Positions 34,172 to 44,583 of a stretch of 64,000 nt of DNA are shown one piece after another. The notes below the pieces were generated by a model. It was given only the letters and a program-made list of their open reading frames with translations. It ran no database searches and had not been told where the DNA came from. The stretch covers positions 224,001 through 288,000 of the forward strand of contig CAVPVX010000011.1 of assembly GCA_963709345.1 (NCBI GenBank), in the 5' to 3' direction. The position numbers and the translations under genes are program-made. The stretch is from an uncultured Actinomycetes bacterium. Its GTDB lineage: Bacteria; Actinomycetota; Thermoleophilia; UBA2241. How positions within the stretch are numbered: position 1 is the first letter of the stretch; each line of letters starts with the position of its first letter.

Positions 34172-34462
34172 GCTCCCGCATCCCATCACGAGACTCCGCA
34201 CCGCCTTCGGCCCGTGCGCCTGCTCCCCCGCCTCACGATCACGCGATCGCGCCCGGGCGCAGCTCGGCCTGAGCTCCTCTGCCGGTCACGCGCACCACTG
34301 GTGGGTGAGGCCGGGGACGCAGTCCCATGCGGCCCCTCCTGACTGAGCGTTCAGCGTTTGTGCGAGGCCGCACGCACGCCTAGAATTGCGTTCTTGCCTA
34401 CTCGATCATCCCATCCGCCGGCCGCACGCGCGGCGCCCGATCATTCAAGAAAGGACCACAAG

Positions 34463-35623
34463 ATGCAGAAGCGCTTTCTCATCACCCCCGGCCCGACGCC
34501 CGTGCCGCCGGAGGTGCTGTCCGCGCTCTCCGAGCCGGTCATCCACCACCGCGCGCCGCGCTTCACCGAGATTCTCATGCGGGTCGTCGCCGGGATGAAG
34601 TACATCTACCAGACCGAGAACGACGTCATGGTGTATTCCGCCAGCGGCACCGGCGCCATGGAGGCCGCCGTCACCAACGTCGTGAATCCGGGCGACCACG
34701 TCCTGGTCGCCTGCGTCGGCAATTTCGGCGAGCGCTGGAAGAAGCTCACCGGCACGTGGGGCGCCGAGGTCACAGCGCTCGACTACGCGTGGGGTACCAA
34801 GGCCGACCCGGCCGACATCGAGAAGGCGCTCGCCGCCGACCCGGCGATCAAGGCCGTGTACGTGCAGCACAGCGAGACGTCCACAGGCGTCGTCAACGAC
34901 ATCAAGGCGATCGGCGAGATCGTCGCCAGGACGCCGGCGATCCTGGTCGTCGACGCCATCAGCGGCCTCGGCGCCAGCGACCTTCAGACCGACGCGTGGA
35001 AGGTCGACATCGCCGTCGCCGGCTCCCAGAAGGCCCTCATGGTGCCGCCGGGCCTGGCATACGCCGCCGTCAGCGACAAGGCCTGGGCCGTCATCGAGCA
35101 GTGCACGACGCCACGCTTCTACTTCGACTTCGTCGCCATGCGCAAGAAGATGACCGGCGACTCCGCTCAGACGCCGTACACGCCTGCCGTGAGCCTCATG
35201 ATCGCGCAGAACGCCGCCGTCGACCTGATCAGGGAAGAGGGTCTCGAGAACGTGTTCGAGCGGCACCGCGTGCTCGGCAAGGCCGCTCGCGAAGGCGTCA
35301 AGGCGCTCGGCCTCGAGCTCTTCGCCGTCGAAGACCCGGAGGCCAACTCCGTGACCGCCGTCAAGGTCCCCGAGGGCGTCGACGGCGGCAAGATCGGCAA
35401 GATCGCGCGCGACAAGTGGGGCGTGTGGCTCGCCGGCGGCCAAGGCGCCGTCAAGGGCAAGATCTTCCGCTTCGGCCACTGCGGCTACTTCGGCCACAGC
35501 GACATCATCGTCGGCCTGAGCACCGTCGAGATGGTGCTCGCCGAGCTCGGGTACGACGTCAAGTTCGGCGCCTCCACGGCTGCCGCGGAGCAGGTGTTCT
35601 TGACGAGCACCGTGCTCCTCTGA
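34463..35623 (+). CDS. Class V aminotransferase (alanine-glyoxylate/serine type; probable phosphoserine aminotransferase role)
   Basis: TPGPTPVP, SGTGAMEA, HSETSTG, VDAIS and GSQKA motifs; adjacent to serA. Confidence 0.9.
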   Translation: MQKRFLITPGPTPVPPEVLSALSEPVIHHRAPRFTEILMRVVAGMKYIYQTENDVMVYSASGTGAMEAAVTNVVNPGDHVLVACVGNFGERWKKLTGTWGAEVTALDYAWGTKADPADIEKALAADPAIKAVYVQHSETSTGVVNDIKAIGEIVARTPAILVVDAISGLGASDLQTDAWKVDIAVAGSQKALMVPPGLAYAAVSDKAWAVIEQCTTPRFYFDFVAMRKKMTGDSAQTPYTPAVSLMIAQNAAVDLIREEGLENVFERHRVLGKAAREGVKALGLELFAVEDPEANSVTAVKVPEGVDGGKIGKIARDKWGVWLAGGQGAVKGKIFRFGHCGYFGHSDIIVGLSTVEMVLAELGYDVKFGASTAAAEQVFLTSTVLL

Positions 35624-35636
35624 AGGGCGGGACGAG

Positions 35637-37238
35637 ATGACTGATGTGAAGAGGATCCTCGTCAAGGAGAAGCTGGCCCCCGAGGGCGTCAAGTACCTCG
35701 AGGATCGCGGGTTCCAGGTCGACATGGGCACCGAGTGGGACGCCGGCGAGCTGCTCGAGCGCATCCCCGAGTACCACGGCCTCATCATCCGCTCGGCCAC
35801 CAAGGTGACCGCGGACGTGATCCAGGCCGGCACGAACCTGCAGGTCGTCGGCCGCGCCGGCGTCGGCGTCGACAACGTCGACGTCAAGGAGGCGACCAAG
35901 CGTGGCGTCATCGTCGTCAACGCGCCGCAGAGCAACGTGCTCAGCGCCGCCGAGCAGACGATCGCCCTGCTCATGGCCTGCGCCCGCAACCTCGCCCAGG
36001 CGCACGCCGACCTCAAGGACGGCCGCTGGGAGAAGGGCGTCTGGGGCAAGAGCGGTGTCGAGGTACGTGGCAAGACGCTCGGCATCATCGGCCTCGGCCG
36101 CATCGGCTTCCTCGTCGCCGAGGACGCCCGCGGCCTCGGCATGAGCGTGCTCGCCTACGACCCCTTCGTACCGGCCGAGAAGTTCCACGAGCTCGGCCTC
36201 GACCGTGCCGACAGCCCGGACAAGATCTATCGCGAAGCCGACTTCATCACCGTGCACCTCCCCAAGAACGCCGAGACCATCGGCTTCATCGGCGACGACG
36301 AGTTCGCCAAGATGAAGGACGGCGTGCGCGTGATCAACGTCGCGCGCGGCGGCATCATCGACGAGGAGGCCTGGGCGCGCGCCATCGAGAGCGGCAAAGT
36401 CGCCGCGTCCGCGGTCGACGTGTACCCGAAGGAGCCGACCACCGAGAGCCCGCTGTTCAAGTACTCCAGCGTGGTCGCGACGCCGCACCTGGGCGCCAGC
36501 ACCGTGGAGGCGCAACTGCGCGCCGGCATGATCATCGCCGAGCAGGTGGCGGCGGTGCTTCAGGGCGAGTTCGCGAGCAACGCCGTGAACATCCCGCTCG
36601 CCCCCGGCGAGGACGCCGACGAGCTCATGCCGTTCCTGGGGCTCTGCCAGCAGCTCGGCAAGCTCATCGTGCAGATCGCCGACGGTCCCGTCGACGCATT
36701 CGACATCGCCTACGGCGGCGGCATCGCCCGCTACGACACGCGCATCCTCACGCTCGGCGTTCTGCAGGGCGTGCTGGCCGACAAGGTCGACGGTCCGGTG
36801 AACTTCGTCAACGTGCAGACCATCGCCGAGGAGCGCGGCATCACCGCCAAAGAGAGCAAGCAGCCGGCGGCGGTCGACTTCCTCAACCTGATCACGGTGA
36901 CCACCCGAGACGCCCGAGGCGAGCTCTCGGTCTCGGGCACGACGCTCGGCCCCAAGCATCGGCCGCGCCTCGTCAAGGTGTACCGCCAGGATGTGGACAT
37001 CGAGCCGGCGGCGCACATGGTCTTCCTGCGCTACTCCGACGTGCCGGGCATGATCGGCAAGATCGGCACCAAGGTCGGTGAGTTCGGCATCAACATCGGG
37101 CAGATGAGCGTGGGTCGCGAGGTCAAGGATCAGAAGGCCGTGATGGGCCTCACGCTCGACGAGCCGATGAGCGCGGAGCAACTCGACGACCTGGTGGTGA
37201 GCTGCGGGCTTGCCGACGGCAAGAGGGTCTGGCTCTGA
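35637..37238 (+). CDS. serA: D-3-phosphoglycerate dehydrogenase
   Basis: GRAGVGVDN, GLGRIG, NVARGG, DVYPKEP and TPHLGAST motifs; ASB and ACT domains. Confidence 0.96.
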   Translation: MTDVKRILVKEKLAPEGVKYLEDRGFQVDMGTEWDAGELLERIPEYHGLIIRSATKVTADVIQAGTNLQVVGRAGVGVDNVDVKEATKRGVIVVNAPQSNVLSAAEQTIALLMACARNLAQAHADLKDGRWEKGVWGKSGVEVRGKTLGIIGLGRIGFLVAEDARGLGMSVLAYDPFVPAEKFHELGLDRADSPDKIYREADFITVHLPKNAETIGFIGDDEFAKMKDGVRVINVARGGIIDEEAWARAIESGKVAASAVDVYPKEPTTESPLFKYSSVVATPHLGASTVEAQLRAGMIIAEQVAAVLQGEFASNAVNIPLAPGEDADELMPFLGLCQQLGKLIVQIADGPVDAFDIAYGGGIARYDTRILTLGVLQGVLADKVDGPVNFVNVQTIAEERGITAKESKQPAAVDFLNLITVTTRDARGELSVSGTTLGPKHRPRLVKVYRQDVDIEPAAHMVFLRYSDVPGMIGKIGTKVGEFGINIGQMSVGREVKDQKAVMGLTLDEPMSAEQLDDLVVSCGLADGKRVWL

Positions 37239-37254
37239 TATGGCGAGCGGCCTG

Positions 37255-37665
37255 AACAGACGAGACGAAGGAGCGGCCGGACGACCCGTGTTGTTGTGCT
37301 CTTGAGGCGGAGGCGTGGACGTTGTGCGCCGCGCCGGTGAGAGGGCGGGAAGCCTGGTCCGGGTGCCCATCGACCCGCTTCTGGGATTGAAGGACTTCCA
37401 CGTGCGCGCGGTCATCTCTGCCTCCGGGCCGGGCGGCCCCCACCTGCGCAGTCGCTGGCGCGGACGGTGCGGCTCGCGTGGAGTCTCTACGTGGAGCAGG
37501 ATTCCACCTTGGTGAGATCGACCTCCTCGCCGACGTGCGAGACGGCGAGGGGCGGGCCGCGAAGTTCGTGAGCGAACGCGGGTCGAAGCCGGTCGCCGCC
37601 TGCCTGGCCGGTTTCGCTGTCCCACCCGGCAGGACCATGGGCCACGCCGGCGCGACGGCGCTCAG
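37255..37665 (+). pseudogene. Succinyl-CoA synthetase beta and alpha (sucC/sucD) fragments
   Basis: RPVLLCS*GGGVDV...IDPLLGLKDFHVR is sucC-like; GEID...KPVAACLAGFAVPPGRTMGHAGA matches the sucD phospho-His region. Confidence 0.7.
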
Positions 37666-37759
37666 CCGTCGTGCGTCCCGGCGCCCCGCTTCGGGTAACG
37701 AGTCCCGGCCCTCCCTTCCCCCAGGGAGTCCGGGACCGCCGGTCTCTGGAGACGCGCGA

Positions 37760-38420
37760 CCTGCGAGTGAAGTGGTGAGCGCGGCGCCCAACTGCTGGTC
37801 GCCGCGCTTGAGTCCCAGTCTGCGCCGGATGTTGCCGCGGTGGAACTCGACCGCGGAACGAGAGAGCCGCATGATCTCGGCCAGGCTTTCGCGCAGCGCC
37901 TCCACGAACTCGATCTCCGGCTGTGAGCGCAACTGCCGCTCCAGGCGATCGAGCGTCGGCATGATCAGCAGTTCAAGGTCGGCCGTAACGCGCTTCTCGA
38001 GCTCCAGCTTGTCGTCGTTCACCTGCTCGAGCGCGAGGCGTGCGTCACGCTCGCGGGTCGTGTCGCCGATTGTGCCGAGCATGCGCGCCGGATGCCCGCG
38101 CGAGCCCCGCACGATCACGCCCGCGTCACGGACCCACAGTGGGTGCGTCCGCGCGCCGCAGCCGGAGCCCTCCTTCCACATCGACTCCTGTCGCCGTCGT
38201 GCAGCAGTTCAAGCCAAGCGTAGAAGCAGCGCCGCGCGGAGCCCGTGGGCTGCCCGAGCATCTCGTCGAAGTGCTCGGAGAAGCAGTTGTCTCCAGTCGA
38301 GATGTCCCAGTCGTAGTAAGCGTCGAAGGACACGCCCACGATGGCATGGAAGCGTGCGTCCTGGACGGCCGGCTCGCGCAGCGGCCGGCTCGTCAGCAGG
38401 TCGTTGCGCTGCTGCACGGC
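37760..38420 (-). pseudogene. Degraded PAS-domain/LuxR-type regulator
   Basis: YYDWDISTG...WLELLH (PAS), a frameshift, WVRDAG...GTIGDTT (PAC), then AEIMRLSRSAVEFHRGNIRRRLGL (LuxR HTH end). Confidence 0.65.
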
Positions 38421-38537
38421 AGCCTCTCGCTTCGCATGTCGGATCCGGTGCGGTCTGTCCACAGTCGCCCGGTATCACCGCTCGCGGGCAATGCCTGCCG
38501 ACGCCCGGCTCGGTCCTCGGCGTAGCGGACGTCGGCG

Positions 38538-41500
38538 TCAGCGGGTGACCTCCAGGAACTCCTCCGGCGGGACGAATCCCCTCCGCAGCGTGTTCTCCGT
38601 GACGACGCGTGGTTCCAGGTACTGGACGAGGTACGAGGCTTCGGGACGTCTCGTCGTTGAGCGGTCCACGTCCGCGACCACGCGCTTGACACGGTCGCCG
38701 GATCCCCGGCGACCCGCCACGGCTGCGACCGCCGCTGCGGTCGCGAACGAACCGGTGAGCGCGACGAGGTCGACGTGTCGGTGAGCCACGAGCCACGCGC
38801 CGTGCGTGCCGCCGGGGAGTTGCAGTAGGCCCACGGCGTCGGCCGGGAACCCGGCCCAGACGAACAGGCGTGCCATGTATGCGCCGCTGGCTGAGGCGCG
38901 ACTGCCCGGCTTGAGGATCACCGGGTCGCCGGCAGCCAGAGCCGCTCCGGCCATCGTGCAGAGACTCGTGAGCGGTTGGCGGGACGATCCCAGGATGAGG
39001 GCGAGACCGCGGGGCTGGTAGAAGTAGTGATTGAGCTCTCCCGGCTGGTGACCCATCCGCCTGATCTCGTCCGTCTCCGGGATGAGCGCCGCGATGCGCT
39101 CAAGGCTGTCGGCCGCCGACTTCACCTCCACGGCGGCCCAACGCACCGCCTCGTCATCGTTGGCGGCCGCGTCGGCGAGCAGGCGCGCCTGAAGCTCGCG
39201 GCTGTGCCGGCGGACGAGCTGGGCGGCGCGGGCGACGGACTTGGCGCGGTCGGGCGCCGCGAGGCCCTTGAGGGCTCCGGTCATGGCCGCCGCTCTCGCG
39301 ACCACACCCTCGGCGTCCGGGTCCGGGGGCTCGAGGGTGGATGCGTCAGCCGCTCCTGCGCCGACCCCACCAGCAGCCGCGATCCTGCTCTCCTGGGTGG
39401 GTCTGCCGCAGCCCATGAACTGCGCAAGGTAGTCCGGCCCTCCCGCCTTGGAGCCGATGCCGCTCATCTTGAAGCCGCCGAACGCCTGGCGTTCGACCAG
39501 TGCCCCGGTCGTGCCGCGGTTGATGTAGAGGTTGCCTACCAGGAACTCGCGGCGCACCCGCGCGATGGCGGCCGGACTGCGGCTGATGAGGCCCCCGGTC
39601 AGCGCGTACTGCGTGCCGTTGGCGATCGCCAGGGCTTCATCCAGATCCTTCGCTTTGATGACGGCGACCACGGGGCCGAAGATCTCCTCCTGGGCGATCA
39701 CGGCGTCGGGGGCGACGTCGGCGAAGATGTGGGGGCCGACGTAGTAGCCGTCTCCGGGCCATTCTCCGGCCGGCGGCTCGGTCACCAGGACCGGCCGGCC
39801 CTCCTTCTTGCCCTGCTCGATGTACCCCTCGATGGTCTTCTTCGCCTCGGCGGTGATGACGGGACCCATCCGGCTGGCCGGATCCTCGGGAGGGCCGATG
39901 ACGACGGACCGCGCCGCCTCGACGAAGCGGGCGAGAAACTCGTCGTAGGCGCTCTCGAGCACCACGATGCGCGACGCGGCGGAGCACTTCTGACCCTGGT
40001 AGTGGAAGGCGCTCACGATGCCCTCGAGGACGGCGACGTCCAGGTCGGCGTCGGCGTCGACGATCAGGGCGTTCTTGCCGCCCATCTCGGCGATCACGTG
40101 CTTGAGTCCCGTGTGTGTCGGGTGGCTCGCCGCCTCCTCGATGATGCGCAGCCCCACCTCCTTGGAGCCGGTGAATGCGATGACTTCGACGTCGGGGTGT
40201 CGCACAAGCCGCGCGCCCACGGTGCTTCCAGGAGAGGGGAGGAAGTTGATCGTGCCTGCCGGCGCGCCGGCCTCGTGGAGGAGGCGAGCCAGTTGGGCGC
40301 CGATCACCGGGGTCGGGCCGGCCGGCTTCACGATGACGGCGTTGCCGGTCACCAGTGCGGCGCTCGTCATCCCCGTGAGGATGGCCAGCGGGAAGTTCCA
40401 CGGCGCGACGACCAGCGCTACGCCCAGCGGCCGCATCCGGTCCTCATCGTCGTCGTCGACAGAGATGAGTTCGCCGTCCGCCTGCAGCCGGAGGATCTCG
40501 CGCCCGTAGTACTCGAGGAAGTCGATCGCCTCGCCCACGTCCGCGTCTGCCTCGCGCCACGCCTTGCCCGCCTCGTACACCTGGAGCGCCGCCAACTCGA
40601 AGAGCTCACGGCGCATCAATTCCGCGGCGCGGAACAGGACGCCGGCGCGCTCCACTGGCGGAGTCGTGCTCCAGCTGCCGAACGCCGCCTTCGCGGCTTC
40701 CACCGCCTTCTCCGCCTCGTCCGGACCACCGTAGGCCACCGTGCCGACTTCTTCCTCCGGCCGGCAGGGGTTCACCGAGGTGATTCTCTCCTTCGTCTTC
40801 ACGGCTTCGCCGCCGATCCAGAGCGGCCAGTGCTTGCCCAGTCCGGCCGCCGCCTCACCGGACTTGACGCGCTCGAGCGCCTCGGTGAACGCGACGCGGT
40901 TCTCTGGGCGTGCGAAGTCGGCGTGCGGGTGGTTCACGAAGGGGCCGGGGAACGCCGCATCCGTGGGCACCCAGAGGGGGACGCGCTGCGGCGCGCGACT
41001 GACGTCGGGAGAAGGATGTGGCGCTCGCGTCAGCCGGGCCTGGTCCTCTCCTTCCGCGAAGGTGCGGCGAAGGAACGATTCATTGGCGGTGTTCTCGAGC
41101 AGCCGGCGCACGAAGTAGGCCATGCCGGGGATGAGCTCGCCTACCGGCGCGTATTCGCGCAGCCGCAGGCCCAGCCTCCTGATGGCGGCCTTGATGGGTT
41201 CTCCCATGCCGTGGAGCATCTGCAGCTCGTACGCATCCTTGGGGAGCCCGAGAGCCTCGGCCGTGGCGATGGCGCAGGCGAGCGAGCGCACGTTGTGGCT
41301 GGCGAAGGCGGAGCGGATCTGCTCCGGGTGCTCCAGCATGATGCGCGTGATCCGTTCATACATCACGTCCGAGTCAGGCTTGTGCGTGAACACCGGCGCC
41401 GGCCAGCCTTCCTGCGCGGCCTGCACGGTCTCGTAGTCCCAGTACGCGCCCTTGACGAGACGCACGGTGATGACCCGCTTGTGTTCCTTGGCCCAGGCGA

Positions 41501-42410
41501 TGAGGTCGCGGACATCGTCTTCCGCGTCGCGCAGGTACGCCTGCACCACGATCCCGGCCTCGTCGTAGGTGGCGAACTCGTCCTCCTCCAGCAGTTCCTT
41601 GAACACGCTGAACGTGAGATCGCGATACCGGAACTGCTCGAGGTCGATGTTGACGAAGGCCCCGGTGTCCCGTGCCTTCCGGAAGATCGGACGCAGGCGG
41701 TCCTTCACGGCCTCGACGGACCCGCGGGAGCTCAGCGGGTCGATCTGGGAGAACAGCGACGTGATCTTGATCGAGATGTTGACGCGGGGGACGGGACCCC
41801 AGGAGGCATGGTCGAGGACCGGATCGGGGGTCCACGCGCCGACCTCCCGCTGCAGGCCGTCGAGAAGCTCGATGTAGCGCCCCTGGTAGTCGATGGCCTC
41901 ACTCTCGCCGACTGATGCCTCGCCGAGGACGTCGAGTGTGAACCCGAGGCCGCGCTTGCGCAGCGCCCTGAGCTTGGGCAAGGCCGCGGCCGCATCCTTG
42001 CCGAAGATGAAGCGGCCGGCGAAGGAGAGCATCTGGCGGCGGATCACCGCGGTCGCGACCGGCGCCACCACGCGCTTCTTCGAGGCGGAAAGCCCGAGGC
42101 GCACGACGCGCGGCACTTCGAGGCCCGGCTGCTCGAAGTACTCGCGCAGGTGACGATCGATCTCTTCGCTTGTGCGCAGGGTGGGGAACACGTCGACGAA
42201 GCGGAAGAGTTCCACCTTGAGCCGTTCGTCGGCCATGGCCCAGTCCATCATCTCGCCCTGCCAGCGTTCGCTGGACAGCGGTGACAGCTTGTGTTGAGCG
42301 ATCAGGGAGAAGAGCTGCTTCGCTTGAGCCTGCACTGCGGGCTCAAGCTCTGCCGCCCACGACGCTCTCGGGTCGGCGGAAGCCTTCTGGTCCGGTGCGA
42401 CTGTGCCCAT
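38538..42410 (-). CDS. putA: Bifunctional proline dehydrogenase / P5C dehydrogenase with an extra C-terminal ALDH-like domain
   Basis: LFRFVDVFP, RLVKGAYWD, RRLLENTAN, PWNFP, AEMGGKN, QGQKCSA and EEIFGPV motifs. Confidence 0.93.
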   Translation of the reverse strand: MGTVAPDQKASADPRASWAAELEPAVQAQAKQLFSLIAQHKLSPLSSERWQGEMMDWAMADERLKVELFRFVDVFPTLRTSEEIDRHLREYFEQPGLEVPRVVRLGLSASKKRVVAPVATAVIRRQMLSFAGRFIFGKDAAAALPKLRALRKRGLGFTLDVLGEASVGESEAIDYQGRYIELLDGLQREVGAWTPDPVLDHASWGPVPRVNISIKITSLFSQIDPLSSRGSVEAVKDRLRPIFRKARDTGAFVNIDLEQFRYRDLTFSVFKELLEEDEFATYDEAGIVVQAYLRDAEDDVRDLIAWAKEHKRVITVRLVKGAYWDYETVQAAQEGWPAPVFTHKPDSDVMYERITRIMLEHPEQIRSAFASHNVRSLACAIATAEALGLPKDAYELQMLHGMGEPIKAAIRRLGLRLREYAPVGELIPGMAYFVRRLLENTANESFLRRTFAEGEDQARLTRAPHPSPDVSRAPQRVPLWVPTDAAFPGPFVNHPHADFARPENRVAFTEALERVKSGEAAAGLGKHWPLWIGGEAVKTKERITSVNPCRPEEEVGTVAYGGPDEAEKAVEAAKAAFGSWSTTPPVERAGVLFRAAELMRRELFELAALQVYEAGKAWREADADVGEAIDFLEYYGREILRLQADGELISVDDDDEDRMRPLGVALVVAPWNFPLAILTGMTSAALVTGNAVIVKPAGPTPVIGAQLARLLHEAGAPAGTINFLPSPGSTVGARLVRHPDVEVIAFTGSKEVGLRIIEEAASHPTHTGLKHVIAEMGGKNALIVDADADLDVAVLEGIVSAFHYQGQKCSAASRIVVLESAYDEFLARFVEAARSVVIGPPEDPASRMGPVITAEAKKTIEGYIEQGKKEGRPVLVTEPPAGEWPGDGYYVGPHIFADVAPDAVIAQEEIFGPVVAVIKAKDLDEALAIANGTQYALTGGLISRSPAAIARVRREFLVGNLYINRGTTGALVERQAFGGFKMSGIGSKAGGPDYLAQFMGCGRPTQESRIAAAGGVGAGAADASTLEPPDPDAEGVVARAAAMTGALKGLAAPDRAKSVARAAQLVRRHSRELQARLLADAAANDDEAVRWAAVEVKSAADSLERIAALIPETDEIRRMGHQPGELNHYFYQPRGLALILGSSRQPLTSLCTMAGAALAAGDPVILKPGSRASASGAYMARLFVWAGFPADAVGLLQLPGGTHGAWLVAHRHVDLVALTGSFATAAAVAAVAGRRGSGDRVKRVVADVDRSTTRRPEASYLVQYLEPRVVTENTLRRGFVPPEEFLEVTR

Positions 42411-42616
42411 CGTGCGCCTCCCGTCGACTGCATCAGGTATCCTCCCCCGGATTTGCCGGGAGGGTGTCGATGTAGCGTGGTCCGCGGCGGCGGCCGTGAC
42501 AACGGAGTCTATCCCCAGGTAGTACCTGCGGTCACGGCTGTGGACTCAAGCATGCGTGGTCTCGATACGGCGAGGCGGGTCGTGAGGCCCGCCGCCCCTT
42601 TCGCATGCCTTGTCCG

Positions 42617-44458
42617 TCAGCCGCGGCGGATCTTGATGCGCACGGTCCCCGTAGGCGACGCGCCCTCGGAGTGGTCGCCGTGCTTGGGCAGGATCACACG
42701 CACCTTGTAGGTGGCCGTGCGGTAGGGCAGCCTCCAGCCGACGCGGTAGTGCGAGCGCCTGTCGAGCCGGCCAGCCGCGACCGTGCGCCAGCTCGAACCG
42801 ACGGCCTTCTGGACGAGGATCTTCTTCCCCGCGTGGTTGGGCGCGACTGAACCGCTGAAGATCTCGGTGAGCCTGGTGCCCGAGACGCTGTGCGCCAGCT
42901 TGAGTGTCACACGCGGCATCACGAGGATCTCGACCGATACGTTGGTGGCATCGGTCGCCACCGCGCTCCAGGCGGCATTGGACCCGGGCGTGATGGTCGT
43001 GCTGTAGAAGCCCTGGCCGTCGGTGGTCGCCGCCCCCCGGTCTCGGCTGACGTCTCCGCGAGTCTCGAACAGGGTGACGGTGCTGCCCGCCGCGACCGGC
43101 TCGCCGCTGTCCGTGAGGTAGCCGGAGACGATGACGGACTTGCCGTACTCCACGAGCGCGGATTGCGGGCGGAAGGTGACGGCTTTGCCGGTTTCGGCGT
43201 AGCGCAGCAGCGCCGCGCCTCCGCCGGCGCCGAGGACGTAGGCCCCACCGCCGCCGTCCGGGGCCGCGGCTGAGAAGGACTCCGGCGCCGGCGTGAGCTC
43301 GTCGTTCTGCCAACGGCCTAAGGCCGTGAGCTGCGCGACACCGGGGACCGTGGCCGACGCAGCGTCGCTGTACGCGACCGCGAGGTCGCCGGCGCGATTC
43401 GCCGCGACCGCGTCGACCTGTGACTCGCTGATGCCGGGGACCTGAAGGACGCTGCCGGGAGCGTCGATCTCGCGCCCCCCGGCGTCCAGGTGCCGCGCGA
43501 CGATACCGCTCGCGGACGGCCCGACCAGATAGCAGCCGGAGAAGCCGTCAGCGGCCAGTCTCACGGCGCCGGCCGCCATCGTGACCGCCGCCGGCCGCAG
43601 CAGAAGGCGCGCCCCAGTGGCGGAGAATCGCTGCATCTTGACCTTCGCGCCTTCGCGCCAGGCGACGGTCGCTGCGGAGACCGCGGTGACCCCGATGGGC
43701 ACCTTGACCGCTGCCGTCTCGCCGAGAAGAGGGTTGTACGGCGAGACCGCGGAGGGCCAGACAGGGGTGACGTTCGTGTCGTAGCGCTGCACCTTGATCG
43801 ACGTGCGTCCCTGGTCGACGAGCAGGACGAACGCGTGGTGGTCGGCGTCGACCCCGAGGGCCTCCACCGTTCCGCCGGGGACCTCCAGGCCGGGGTCTGT
43901 TTCGCCGAGCGTGCCGGTGGGCGACACGTGGTTCAGCAGGGTGTCGCCGGAGCTCTCGGTGGGCGAGGCCGTGCACCACACCCAGACACCGCCGGCGCCG
44001 TCCGCCGCGGCGCCGGTGAGGGCCACTGTGGAGCCGGAGCCGCGTGCCGTCACGACGGCGGCATCCGTACACACGACCACGGGACCATACGTCGCGGAGC
44101 CGGTGCTCAGGTCGACGCGCTTGGCGTGGACTGCGCCGCCGGCCTTCCAGACCACCGTGACGTTCTGCGAGCCGTCGCCGGTCACGTACCAGTCCGTCAG
44201 ACCGGCGACGGCCGGAACGACGGTGCGGGTCGCTACGGCGGCGCCCCCCTCGCGCGGGTGCTGCGCAGCCTGGAGCGAGGTCGTCCCGCCGTCTCCGGCG
44301 ACCTCCCAGGCCACGATGGGCCCGCGTGTGCCCGTTGCCAGCTGCGCGTCGCCGGCTACGTCCTGCGACCACATCGGGTCGAACGCGAGCGCCGGTGCGG
44401 CTGCGCAGGCCAGCGTGAGGATGACGAACACCGTGATCGCGAGCGATCGCCGGCACAT
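42617..44458 (-). CDS. Secreted beta-rich hypothetical protein
   Basis: Signal peptide ending AAPALA; repeated DGxGGxYV-like segments; Ig-like basic C-terminus. Confidence 0.7.
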   Translation of the reverse strand: MCRRSLAITVFVILTLACAAAPALAFDPMWSQDVAGDAQLATGTRGPIVAWEVAGDGGTTSLQAAQHPREGGAAVATRTVVPAVAGLTDWYVTGDGSQNVTVVWKAGGAVHAKRVDLSTGSATYGPVVVCTDAAVVTARGSGSTVALTGAAADGAGGVWVWCTASPTESSGDTLLNHVSPTGTLGETDPGLEVPGGTVEALGVDADHHAFVLLVDQGRTSIKVQRYDTNVTPVWPSAVSPYNPLLGETAAVKVPIGVTAVSAATVAWREGAKVKMQRFSATGARLLLRPAAVTMAAGAVRLAADGFSGCYLVGPSASGIVARHLDAGGREIDAPGSVLQVPGISESQVDAVAANRAGDLAVAYSDAASATVPGVAQLTALGRWQNDELTPAPESFSAAAPDGGGGAYVLGAGGGAALLRYAETGKAVTFRPQSALVEYGKSVIVSGYLTDSGEPVAAGSTVTLFETRGDVSRDRGAATTDGQGFYSTTITPGSNAAWSAVATDATNVSVEILVMPRVTLKLAHSVSGTRLTEIFSGSVAPNHAGKKILVQKAVGSSWRTVAAGRLDRRSHYRVGWRLPYRTATYKVRVILPKHGDHSEGASPTGTVRIKIRRG

Positions 44459-44544
44459 GATGTACCCCCTGAGCTGAGCCCGACGGACATGCCGATGGTA
44501 CCAGAGTCGCCGTCCTGATCACGGCCGTTCGAACCTCCCGGTGC

Positions 44545-44574
44545 TTGCGCCTGCCCGCGCGCCTGACGTACACT
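44545..44574 (+). promoter_or_regulatory. Putative leu operon promoter
   Basis: TTGCGC-N18-TACACT, 9 nt before the leader ATG. Confidence 0.5.
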
Positions 44575-44583
44575 CCTCAGGCC

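Noticed and set aside
37300-37306. In-frame TGA in the sucC fragment as possible selenocysteine
   Set aside because: It lies in a truncated remnant at a position that is not a catalytic Cys, and no SECIS is evident.
42411-42616. Hairpins upstream of putA as a riboswitch
   Set aside because: They are short GC-rich stems with no recognisable aptamer consensus.
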